Positions 38,700 through 47,916 of a stretch of DNA of 64,000 nucleotides are shown piece by piece. The notes under the pieces are model-generated. The model saw only the letters and a program-made list of their open reading frames with translations, was not told where the DNA came from and did no database searches. A program made the translations under genes and the position numbers. The stretch is from Bryobacterales bacterium (GTDB lineage: Bacteria > Acidobacteriota > Terriglobia > Bryobacterales > UBA6623), in contig OY729428.2 in assembly GCA_963422375.2 (NCBI GenBank), forward strand, positions 2,560,001-2,624,000, in the 5' to 3' direction. Numbering within the stretch: position 1 is the first letter of the stretch; each line of letters starts with the position of its first letter.

Positions 38700-41241
38700 C
38701 GCGCGCCGCGCGGCGCTACTGCTTGCCGCGTTCAACACGGTGCTATCGGCTGCCGCCGACGGTGACGGAACGCGTATCCCGCGCCTGCTCGACACACACT
38801 GTGCGAGCTGCCATTCCGGTGCTGAGCCGAGCGGCGGCTTTCGTGTCGTTTCGCTGGCCGGAAGCGCGGACCGAAGCAACGCCGATCTGTGGCGGAAGAG
38901 CCTGGAATACGTGCGAGCCGAATTCATGCCTCCGGCAGATGCAGGGCGGCTGGGGAACGCGGATCGACGCCAATTGATCTCGTTTCTTGAAGCAGGAATG
39001 CGCGGCACGGAGGCTCCAGCCGAAGAGCCAACGAGAGCCGTGCCGCGGCGATTGAACAATCGCGAACTCGCCAACAGCGTCCGCGACGTGCTGATGATCG
39101 AAGACGTCGGAACGCACCAGCCGATGGCCGACCTTCTCGGCGATACGCTGCATGACGGCTTCGATACGGACGGCGACGCCTTGGGGATGAGCCAGTTCCA
39201 CCTAGAACAGTACATCGGAGCGTTCCGGAAGATCGTGGACGCGACGGTCCTGTCTGGCCCGAGGCCGGAGGCGCGTCGCTACATGGTTGCGGCCAGCGAC
39301 TTGCAGATGACAAGCCTGTCGCAGCGGAGGGGACGGGAGAGAGCGAACCGCACGCCTGCGAGTATCGACTTCCTGGACCCGCGGCTGCGCGTATACTTCG
39401 CAAATTTCGAGAGGGCTCCGGCGACGGGCAGGTATCGCATCAGAATCCGAGCCGCGGGGATAGACCGCGACGTTTACGACTCAGAAGCGACAGGCATCTA
39501 CGGCAGCGATCCGATTCGCCTGAGCGTCCACCTCGGGGACCGGATCCGTACCTTTGACCTTCCCGACGGGACCTCGACCGAGATCGGCTTGGACGAGTGG
39601 ATCGCGGCGGGGACGAGACTCGAGCTGTCGTATCCGACGGACGGCTTGCGGCTGCGCGGCAACGGGAACTTCAAGTTCCAGTTCCAGATTGCGCACGATC
39701 ACATCAAGAGGACGGACCCGGAGCTGTTCGCGGCCGTCTTGAAGGACAAGCTGGTCAAGGCTCCGGCGCGAACCGCGCGCAGTCCGCGGCATTGGAGCCA
39801 CTGGACGGAACAGTGGCAAGGTCCGCGGCCGCGCCTGTTCAGCGCCGAGATAGAAGGTCCCCTCTACGAGAGCTGGCCGCCACGGCGGCAGGTCGCCTTG
39901 ATCGGGGCGGAAGCGAGGGTGCAACACGCGGACGCCATCCTTCGCCCGATCGCGGCAAGGGCGTGGCGTCGACGCCCGCGCGGAGAAGAGCTGGACCCGA
40001 TCATCCGCCTGGTACGGTCCAGAGCAGCCGAGGAACCGTCCGCCCGGGCGGACATCGAAGCACTAAAGGAAGGCATCGTTGCGATTCTCGCGTCACCAGC
40101 ATTCCTGCTCGTCAATTCGGACGATGGCACGCCCGCTGACCGCTTCGCGTCCAAGCTCAGCTACTTCCTCCAAGGCACGATTCCGGACGGGCGCATCCAA
40201 GAGGCTGCTCGCAGCGGCGAGCTTGCCACGTTCGAGGCGGTTCGCACCGAAACTCTCCGTCAGTTCGAGCGCTCGGAGGCCGACGAATTCCTGAGGGCGT
40301 TTCCTCATGCGTGGCTGGAACTGGATCGGATTAACTTCATGGCTCCCGATCCTGACCGCTTCCCGCTGTATAGCCGCAAGCGGCTGAGCGAGGACATGGT
40401 AGCCGAGGCGCTGCGGTTTTTTCGGCACGTGGTGGAGAACAACCGTCCTGTCTCCGAGCTGCTCTCGGCGGATTACACGTTCTTGAACGCGGACCTAGCC
40501 AAGGTCTATGGCATCGGTGACGTGCCGCGCGACTCGCAGCTGCGCAAGTACACGTTTGCCGACGGCCGGAGGGGCGGCCTGCTCGGAATGGGAGCTTTTC
40601 TTACCCTGACAGCCGACAGCCTTTCAACCTCGCCTATCCACAGGGCGGTATATGTCATGGAGAAATTTCTAGGGATTCGCCCGGCACCGCCTCCGGCCGA
40701 CGTCGAGATTGCGGAGCCTGATGTCCGCCAGGCGAGGACGATTAAGGAAATTCTCGCTGCTCACACAGCCGATCCGACCTGCGCATCCTGTCACCGGAGC
40801 ATCGATCCCTACGGCTACGCCTTCGAAAATTTCGATCCGATCGGCGCGTGGCGCGACGAATACACGGCGCATATCGCTTCCAAGCCATCCCGCCAATCGT
40901 TGCAGGAGATCGAGAATCAGGATCGTGTGAGAGCCGCTAGAGGATTGCCTCCCGTCGAGAAGCCATGGAACAACGAGCCGATTCCCATCGATGCCGCGTC
41001 CCAGCTCCCCGGCGGGGCCGACTACCTCAATATCGTCGAGTTTCGTAAGCACCTACTTGACGATGAGAACAGAGACCGGTTCGTACGCTGCTTCATCGAA
41101 ATGCTTCTGACCTACGCAAACGGCGGGAAACTCGAAAATCTATCTGACATCGAGACCATTCTGGCTAAGTCCGTGGAGAACGAATATCGGATTATCGACA
41201 CGATCGCCGCCGTGATCGACAGCCCGCTGTTCCGCAACTAA
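38692..41241 (+). CDS. Planctomycete-type cytochrome c / DUF1587-1595-1592-1588-1585 multidomain protein
   Basis: Two CxxCH motifs (both CASCH), RRLNNRE, ASKLSYFL, RRGGLLG, TSPIHR, IDPYGYAFENFDPIGAWR. Confidence 0.88.
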   Translation: MGSARRAALLLAAFNTVLSAAADGDGTRIPRLLDTHCASCHSGAEPSGGFRVVSLAGSADRSNADLWRKSLEYVRAEFMPPADAGRLGNADRRQLISFLEAGMRGTEAPAEEPTRAVPRRLNNRELANSVRDVLMIEDVGTHQPMADLLGDTLHDGFDTDGDALGMSQFHLEQYIGAFRKIVDATVLSGPRPEARRYMVAASDLQMTSLSQRRGRERANRTPASIDFLDPRLRVYFANFERAPATGRYRIRIRAAGIDRDVYDSEATGIYGSDPIRLSVHLGDRIRTFDLPDGTSTEIGLDEWIAAGTRLELSYPTDGLRLRGNGNFKFQFQIAHDHIKRTDPELFAAVLKDKLVKAPARTARSPRHWSHWTEQWQGPRPRLFSAEIEGPLYESWPPRRQVALIGAEARVQHADAILRPIAARAWRRRPRGEELDPIIRLVRSRAAEEPSARADIEALKEGIVAILASPAFLLVNSDDGTPADRFASKLSYFLQGTIPDGRIQEAARSGELATFEAVRTETLRQFERSEADEFLRAFPHAWLELDRINFMAPDPDRFPLYSRKRLSEDMVAEALRFFRHVVENNRPVSELLSADYTFLNADLAKVYGIGDVPRDSQLRKYTFADGRRGGLLGMGAFLTLTADSLSTSPIHRAVYVMEKFLGIRPAPPPADVEIAEPDVRQARTIKEILAAHTADPTCASCHRSIDPYGYAFENFDPIGAWRDEYTAHIASKPSRQSLQEIENQDRVRAARGLPPVEKPWNNEPIPIDAASQLPGGADYLNIVEFRKHLLDDENRDRFVRCFIEMLLTYANGGKLENLSDIETILAKSVENEYRIIDTIAAVIDSPLFRN

Positions 41242-41244
41242 GTA

Positions 41245-41499
41245 GTGCTTGTGACAAAACCCCTGAATTCTGGCCTGATCAGCATTTCATACTACATTCT
41301 GATGTCGGATGGATCTCCAAACACAACATATAGGGCCCAAGGTCGGAAGTTGCTCAGCCGCCAATCGCGAAGATTTCCGCGCTCTACCCAGAATTGGCAG
41401 GATTTCGGACTAGTCGTAGCATTCCAGTGAAATCTTCGCCTTGAGAGATTGGACCTAACGCCTTTTTTGTCAAGGGGATACGAGTTTTGTCACAGGCAC
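41245..41499. mobile_element. 255-bp MITE, copy 2
   Basis: Ends GTGCTTGTGACAAAAC / GTTTTGTCACAGGCAC; perfect 6-bp DR TAAGTA at 41239-41244 and 41500-41505. Confidence 0.92.
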
Positions 41500-41981
41500 T
41501 AAGTACTTGAGATAGACAGCAAGACCCTCGAGCCCGTTAATCGCGTTGGCTGCGCGCTCTCTGGGGCGGCTTGGCTTGACATCGTCAGGCCGAATCGTGC
41601 CACGATCTCGTTCGTCGATTTCAGCGACTGGATCTGCCAGTACGGGATCTTCTCGTGCCGAAGAGACGCAAGCATTGTCCTATGCCATGCGAACCTCATC
41701 TCAGGAAGGAAATTGGCGAGATCTAGGCGATGGAATTCCAAGTTTCACTGCAGGCAGACAGCTTGATCACTTACGGCAGACCGGACGGTCCGAAACGCAG
41801 GAGAACCAGAAGACATTATATCGGAAATGGTTTATGCCCAAGATGACTTCTGCGTAGCCCAAGTTGATCGGGTTCTCTGCCGATGCCGGGGTCTCGTACC
41901 CCGAAGGACTGGACCGGCAGCCGAGAGTTTTTCTGTCTCCTTCCGGCATGTTGCCGGAGCGGGGACAGGCATGGCCGCTGT

Positions 41982-44846
41982 TCAAGGCTCGAATCGAATC
42001 CAAAGCGGGCTGGCCCACGCCATCGCCTCGTTCCGCTGCTTGAGACGCACGTAGTACATGTTCCATTCTCCCGGCGCCGCTTCGGCGTCGGACCAGTCCA
42101 AGTCGATCTCCCGCTGACCCGGCTGCATGGATGCGACGACTCTCGGCTTCTGCAGGCCCACCTGCCGAATGATTTCTACGCTGTCGATCAGCGCCGTGCC
42201 CTGCGCCTCGATCTGTAGGCGCGGCGCGACGTCGGTAGAGAACTCGTCCCCCATCAACCGTTCCCCCGAACGGACGACGAGAGCGATGTTGTCGTGCGCC
42301 GCGTACGAATGCCTCTCCTTGAGCGCCTTGATGATGCCCTCGCGCGAGTTCTCTTCCGCAAGCACGATCCCGTAGCTGATGTGCGTGGAAACGTGGTCGC
42401 TGCTGGCTTGGAAGCCCAGCCGGCGGCCCTTCTGGAACGCCTCCCAGATAAATCCCGCCGGCCGGTAGCCCTGGATCGTGTCGTCCGCGCCGGTCGCGGC
42501 GTTCGGTCCTCCCGACAGCTCGTAGCTCTGGCGGTGCCCTTGGAACAGTTCCACGACGGGCTCGACCTCGATGTCGCCGTCGCGCCAGTCCGTTCCCATG
42601 TTCGTCGCGGATGTGTGCGAGGAGCAAATCGCGTCGAAGTGCCGCAAGTACGCGAACAGGTTCTTGATATCGGGCGATCCCTCCTCCTCGGAACCGTTGA
42701 CCAGATTCGCGCCTCTCATTCGCGGCAGCGGGCGAATGCCGCGCCTAGGCAGCATGACGTTGCGGTGACCGCTGGGAAAGCTCACGCTGCGCTCGTAGGT
42801 GTACATGGCGCTGAACCGGTCCGGCGCGTGGTAGATGTCGGCGAGCTTCTGCTGCAGCCACCAGAGATACCCGTGGCCGACTGCGTAGTCGTGGTCACCG
42901 GGACCGATCCAGTCCATGTCCGCAACGTCCAGGCCGTACCGCCAGACCTCCTCGAAGGGGCCGTCCCAGTCCCGGTGGGACGAGAACTCGGTATGACGGT
43001 GGAATTCCCCCCGCAGGAACCGGAACGTTCGACCGCCCGCCTGCACGCGCCTCGCCCGGATGCTTTCGATCTGTGCCCTCTCGTCCGGGTGGACCGGCGT
43101 CGCGGTCGCTCGGGGAGCCCGTGGGTCAGCTGCACGCAGCTCGGGCCGGGCTGGCTCGCCGGTCGCGGCCAGTACCGCTTCGTACAGGTCGCTGTCCTGC
43201 CTGTTCCGCGCCTGCACCCGCTTGTCGCCGGCGAATACCGCCAGCAGGCCTCCGCCCGGCAGGCTCGCCATGCCGGGCTGTCGATCCAGCAGATGGTCCG
43301 ACGAAAGCAGCGCGACGGGACGCGACCACGCCCGGCCGTCGTAGAAGGATCCGAAGCTGCGCCAGCGCTCGCCGCGGCCCGTCTGCAACGGGTGCATGCG
43401 GAAGAGCACCCAAGGCCGCCCGGCTCCGTCAAAGGCCATGGCGGGAATGCTGATGCGCTGCCGCAGGCTGGTAGCGATCCGGGTGTCGTCGTGGTGGTAG
43501 TCGATCGCCGGCCCGCGAGGCAGCTCGACGGTCTCGTTCAGCGATCCGTCCCACACCCGGACCAAGATGTTCTTGTTGAGATACATCGGCGAGGCCTGCC
43601 TGCCGGTCCATCGATCGCCTGCGTCCTTGCCCCAGCCTTCGTCGGAGTCCTCGAACGCCACCCAGATCCGGTCCCGTCCGTCCACGGACACCGACGCGCG
43701 CGCCTCGAACCGGGGCGATCTCGCCACCGCGACGGGCTCGCCTCGGTCCTCCCCGTCGAACCGGCGGAGGTACACGTCGTAGTTGCCGTCGTGATAGGTG
43801 TCCCACGCGATCCAGGCGGCGCCCTTCGAGTCGGTGTCGATGGACGGCCTCCAGTCGTTCGCCTCGCTCGCGGACATGCGCACGGGCTCGCCGCCAATCC
43901 GGGCCGCGAATATGTCGAACCCGCTCTCCCTGCGCCCCTGCCAGGCGATGAAGTCGCCGCTGGCGACTACATTGAAGTCGCTGCCCGGATGCTCGGTGAG
44001 ACGCGTTTCCGTGCTCAGCACGCCGCTCGCGGCGCGAAACTCGCGGGCGTAGATGTCCCAGTTCCCGCCTCTCTGCTCGGACCAGACGACCGCGGCGTTC
44101 CCGTCGGGCAAGGCAGTCACCACGGGACGCCAAATATCCCGGGCCGGCGGGGTGGCGTAGACGGGATAGCTCCAGTTCCCGCCAGAGCGGCGCACGAGGG
44201 CAATCCGATCCCCGTTGCCGTCGAACTCAATCGAGTCGAAGTTGCCGTCCAGCGCAGCCTCCTCGTCAATGGGCTCGCCGGGCCGGTACTCAACATACGC
44301 GCATAGCACGGAATCGTCGAGCAGCGCGACACACGACGGAAAGTCCTCCTCGACCGCGCCGTTGGCAATCTCGGGGTTCGCGGGAACCCGCTCTACCTCG
44401 ACCCGCCCGTCAAGGAGCAGCGCCGGGCGGCCCACCGGAAGTTCCAGCGGAGCGAATTCGAAGCTCCCCTGCCCGGTGGAGACCTGAATCGTCCGGGCGA
44501 GGTCCTCCTCGCTGCCGCAGGCCGACGGCGGCAAGGCGAGTCTCGCGGATCCCGGCAGGACTCGCGGTGCCCTGCCTCCTCCGGCCAGCTTCAAGGGACT
44601 CGATTCCGACCCAGCCTCGAACGAGGCTGACCATTCCGCAACCCATCCGGTCGCGGTGCCGCTCCAGTCTGTCGGCGCGGAATCTCCGAGCCCCAAGCGC
44701 ATGGTCACGAGGCTCGAGGACTCGCATACCGCGCTACCGGCCGTCTGGGCGAGCGCCCTGGCCGGAATCGATTCAGGTGCCCGCGAAGAGAATACGAGAG
44801 CGATCGCGGCAAGCCCCAGCAGGAAGGCAGCCAAGGTCTTGTTCAT
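41982..44846 (-). CDS. Large secreted protein with repeat region and C-terminal PHP-like metallohydrolase (DUF3604/CehA-McbA-like)
   Basis: Signal peptide; repeated W..x..GNWDIY / GNYDVY units; GEFHRHTEFS, GDHD, SHTS, ASSDH metal-ligand motifs. Confidence 0.75.
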   Translation of the reverse strand: MNKTLAAFLLGLAAIALVFSSRAPESIPARALAQTAGSAVCESSSLVTMRLGLGDSAPTDWSGTATGWVAEWSASFEAGSESSPLKLAGGGRAPRVLPGSARLALPPSACGSEEDLARTIQVSTGQGSFEFAPLELPVGRPALLLDGRVEVERVPANPEIANGAVEEDFPSCVALLDDSVLCAYVEYRPGEPIDEEAALDGNFDSIEFDGNGDRIALVRRSGGNWSYPVYATPPARDIWRPVVTALPDGNAAVVWSEQRGGNWDIYAREFRAASGVLSTETRLTEHPGSDFNVVASGDFIAWQGRRESGFDIFAARIGGEPVRMSASEANDWRPSIDTDSKGAAWIAWDTYHDGNYDVYLRRFDGEDRGEPVAVARSPRFEARASVSVDGRDRIWVAFEDSDEGWGKDAGDRWTGRQASPMYLNKNILVRVWDGSLNETVELPRGPAIDYHHDDTRIATSLRQRISIPAMAFDGAGRPWVLFRMHPLQTGRGERWRSFGSFYDGRAWSRPVALLSSDHLLDRQPGMASLPGGGLLAVFAGDKRVQARNRQDSDLYEAVLAATGEPARPELRAADPRAPRATATPVHPDERAQIESIRARRVQAGGRTFRFLRGEFHRHTEFSSHRDWDGPFEEVWRYGLDVADMDWIGPGDHDYAVGHGYLWWLQQKLADIYHAPDRFSAMYTYERSVSFPSGHRNVMLPRRGIRPLPRMRGANLVNGSEEEGSPDIKNLFAYLRHFDAICSSHTSATNMGTDWRDGDIEVEPVVELFQGHRQSYELSGGPNAATGADDTIQGYRPAGFIWEAFQKGRRLGFQASSDHVSTHISYGIVLAEENSREGIIKALKERHSYAAHDNIALVVRSGERLMGDEFSTDVAPRLQIEAQGTALIDSVEIIRQVGLQKPRVVASMQPGQREIDLDWSDAEAAPGEWNMYYVRLKQRNEAMAWASPLWIRFEP

Positions 44847-44999
44847 GCCCAACATTGTAGTCGGCCACCGGCGTCGACCGGCGCGAGCGGGCAACGGCAG
44901 GTCGCGAGTCCGGACCACCGGTACCCGCCAAGGCCGCGCGACGCGGGCGCGTCCGGTGGCGCCGTCTCGCGCGCCGAAGAGAAACGACCGCGTCTCCGA

Positions 45000-45968
45000 C
45001 TAGTCCGACGCGTTTTCCCCCGCCTCGCCCTCTGATCTGTCACGGGATCCTCGCACGAACTGCCAGCCGAAGCGCCCCTTGATGCACAGGTTGCCCGAGG
45101 TCACGTCCTGGTCGAGCGGGGACGTAGCCTTGACGATTCGATTGTCCTGCGTGTGGAGGGTCAAGGTGCAGCCGACCCCGCAATAGGGGCAGATCGTGTC
45201 CGTCTGCCGCTGCTCGGACTCGTCCCACTCGCCGGCCTGACGCAGGTCGTGCTCGCTCTTGAACATGAGCGCGCCAGTGGGGCACACGCCAATGCAGTTC
45301 CCGCAGTAAACGCATGCGGAGTCCGGCAGATCCCCGTCGAATTCGGTGGCGATGCGCGCGTCGAAGCCCCGACCCGCCACCGCGATCGCGAAGGTGTTTT
45401 GCGCATCCACGCCGCACGCTTCGACGCACTTGTAGCAAAGAATGCATTTCGCGTAGTCGCGGATGTACAGCTCGTTATCGATCTTCGGGGGTTCGTCGTT
45501 GGCTGCCGCGGGCGCGCCCTCGTCGCCGTAGCGACCGGGATCCGCTCCGTACCGTTCCAGGTACCCTCTCAGTTCCGGCGCGGTCTCGACGTTCGTGCTC
45601 GACGCCAGGAACTCCAAGACCATGCGGCGGCTCAGCCGGACGCGCTCGGAATCGGTGCGAACCTTCATCCCGGATTGCGCCTCGCGCGCGCAGGCGGGGA
45701 CCAGCGTCCGCGAGCCTTCGAGCTCGACCACGCAAACCCTGCAAGCGTTCACCGGCGTCAGCGTCTCCAGATAGCAGAGCGTGGGCGTGTCGATGCCGCA
45801 CTGACGGCAGGCGTCAAGGATCGTGGAACCCACCGGGATGCTGACCGAGGACCCGTCGACGGTCAGCTCGACCAGCGGGGCGGACGGGCCGGCGGGGCGG
45901 ACGGGCAATGGACCGGGCGGCACCGGAATCTCGAGGCGCGGCGCCGGCGCGTCGGGTTCGTAGCTCAC
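45000..45968 (-). CDS. Formate dehydrogenase Fe-S subunit (detached N-terminal part of FdsA/FdhA)
   Basis: 2Fe-2S (PTLC..ACRVCVVE..LVPAC), CILCYKCVEAC, CVYCGNCIGVCP, terminal TICPYCGVGC..NLCIKGRFG; GTG start overlaps the upstream TGA. Confidence 0.9.
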   Translation of the reverse strand: MSYEPDAPAPRLEIPVPPGPLPVRPAGPSAPLVELTVDGSSVSIPVGSTILDACRQCGIDTPTLCYLETLTPVNACRVCVVELEGSRTLVPACAREAQSGMKVRTDSERVRLSRRMVLEFLASSTNVETAPELRGYLERYGADPGRYGDEGAPAAANDEPPKIDNELYIRDYAKCILCYKCVEACGVDAQNTFAIAVAGRGFDARIATEFDGDLPDSACVYCGNCIGVCPTGALMFKSEHDLRQAGEWDESEQRQTDTICPYCGVGCTLTLHTQDNRIVKATSPLDQDVTSGNLCIKGRFGWQFVRGSRDRSEGEAGENASD

Positions 45969-47812
45969 TGAATGCTCCTCGAAAAGATGGGAAACCGCGC
46001 CAACGCGGAATCCACCGCGCTGGCGGCCGTGTGCCCGAGACCACAGATGGAGGCGTCGCGCATCACTTGGGAGATGTCCTTCAGCAGATCCTGCTCCCGT
46101 TCCAGGGAACCAAGCGGGCGTTCCGACCGCAGGCGGGCCAGCAGCTCCTGCTGGCGCACCGTGCCGACGCGACACGGCACGCACTGCCCGCAGCTCTCGT
46201 GGCGGAAGAACTCTGCGATCCGGCACAGGATCGCGCCAAGGTCGGCGCGGGCATCGAACGGCATCACCACGGCCGAACCGACCGTCGCGCCGATGGCGCG
46301 CATCGCTTCGAACGTGAACGGCACATCGAGCTCGTCCGGTCCCAGGAAGGCCCCGGCCGCCCCGCCGACGAGCACAGCCTGCATCTCCGACCCCTCTGGG
46401 ATTCCGCCGGCGAGATCGATCAGGTCGCGCACGGTGACGCCGAACGGGGCTTCGTACACGCCAGGGCGGGCCACGCTGCCCGAGAGGCAGAACAGCTTGG
46501 GCCCCGTGGACTTCGGCGTTCCCGTGGAGGCGAAGGCGCTCCCGCCCTCGAGAAGGATCCGGGGCACGTTGGCAAGCGTCTCGACGTTGTTGACCAGCGT
46601 CGGGCGACGGAAGAGGCCGGCCTGCGTCGGATAAGGGGGCTTGTTGCGAGGCTCGCCGCGATATCCCTCCACCGAATTGAACAGCGCCGTCTCCTCGCCG
46701 CAGATGTACGCCCCGCCGCCGCGCCGGATTTCGATAGGGCAGGCCGACTCCAGCAGGCCCGCTTCCTCGAACTCCGCGATCGCGCCTGCCAGCCTCTCGG
46801 CAGCGCGGGGATACTCCCCGCGGACGTATGCGTAGGCGCGCTCGCAGCCCGTAGCGAACGATGCGATAGCCATCGCCTCGACCACCGCGTACGGGTCGCC
46901 CTCCATGAGGACGCGGTCCTTGAAGGTGCCCGGCTCCGACTCGTCCGCGTTGCACACCAAGTACTTGGGGCCTTGGGCCATCATCACGGCGCGCCATTTC
47001 ACGCCCGCCGGGAAGGCGGCTCCCCCCCGCCCGACCAAGTTGGACTTCTCGACCTGGCTGACCGCCCAATCGGGACCCCTGGAGACGGCCCGGTCGAGCG
47101 CTTCGAGCCCTCCGCTTCTCCGGTAGCCCTCGAGGCTCTTCGAGCCGTCGGCGCCAATCCGGCGCAGAATCTGAAGCGACGGGTCGCCGGACTGCGGCAC
47201 CGAATCCGCGACTGGGCGCGCGTCGCATTCCCCCGGTCCGCCCTCCGCGAGGCAGGCCATGACCTGCGGAGGCTCGACCGGAGCCAAGACGCGGTTCCAA
47301 GGCCGCTCGCCAGCGCCGGTGACGAGGACGGCCGGCGCCCTCTCGCACAACCCCAAGCAAGGGCTCCGCACCCAAGGCGAGTCGCTGCTCTCGCCGTGCC
47401 TTCCCGGCGGGCCCAAGCCCCGCTGCATCGCCGAGCATATGTCCTCTGCCCCTTGGGCGATACATGCGATGTCGTCGCATACCCTAGCCACCACCGGAGG
47501 CCGCGGCTGCGTCGCCAGGAGGTCGTAGAAGCTGGCAACGCCATAGGCTTCGGCTGGAGGCACGTCGAGCCGCAGGCATGCGTAGTTCAGCGCCCCTCGG
47601 CTGATCCAGCCGACTCTCCCTTGGATAGCGAGCAGGACGGGTAGGAGCAGGTGCCGGCGGCTTCCGGGCCGGCCCATGGCCCGGGAAGTCCGCTCCTCCG
47701 CAGCCGAAGAACGGGAGCCTCCGTACCATCGCGATTCGGCCGATCCTAGGATCGAATCAACCGCTGATCGCTCGGCCTCGCTCGCCTCGTGCGCGGTGAA
47801 GTGTAGATCCAC
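45965..47812 (-). CDS. NuoE-NuoF-like fused diaphorase subunit (FdsG plus FdsB)
   Basis: LLLPVL..GVASFY, CDDIAC, CLGLC, GRGGAAFPAGVKW, CNADESEPGTFKDR, YICGEETAL, ESCGQCVPCRVG. Confidence 0.9.
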   Translation of the reverse strand: MDLHFTAHEASEAERSAVDSILGSAESRWYGGSRSSAAEERTSRAMGRPGSRRHLLLPVLLAIQGRVGWISRGALNYACLRLDVPPAEAYGVASFYDLLATQPRPPVVARVCDDIACIAQGAEDICSAMQRGLGPPGRHGESSDSPWVRSPCLGLCERAPAVLVTGAGERPWNRVLAPVEPPQVMACLAEGGPGECDARPVADSVPQSGDPSLQILRRIGADGSKSLEGYRRSGGLEALDRAVSRGPDWAVSQVEKSNLVGRGGAAFPAGVKWRAVMMAQGPKYLVCNADESEPGTFKDRVLMEGDPYAVVEAMAIASFATGCERAYAYVRGEYPRAAERLAGAIAEFEEAGLLESACPIEIRRGGGAYICGEETALFNSVEGYRGEPRNKPPYPTQAGLFRRPTLVNNVETLANVPRILLEGGSAFASTGTPKSTGPKLFCLSGSVARPGVYEAPFGVTVRDLIDLAGGIPEGSEMQAVLVGGAAGAFLGPDELDVPFTFEAMRAIGATVGSAVVMPFDARADLGAILCRIAEFFRHESCGQCVPCRVGTVRQQELLARLRSERPLGSLEREQDLLKDISQVMRDASICGLGHTAASAVDSALARFPIFSRSIQ

Positions 47813-47916
47813 TCTGGCTCCGTGTAGGCCGTGGCGGATAGCCGCAGCGACCGCCCGTGGCCGAGCGAGCCCCGGCCGGTCGCGCGGTCGCAATCCGGCG
47901 ACCGGGCCCGCCTGCG

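Noticed and set aside
42294..44306. Long antisense ORFs (also 28154-30043, 47857-49845, 45908-47644, 4177-5385)
   Set aside because: Shadow frames of real genes, expected in high-GC DNA; no motifs.
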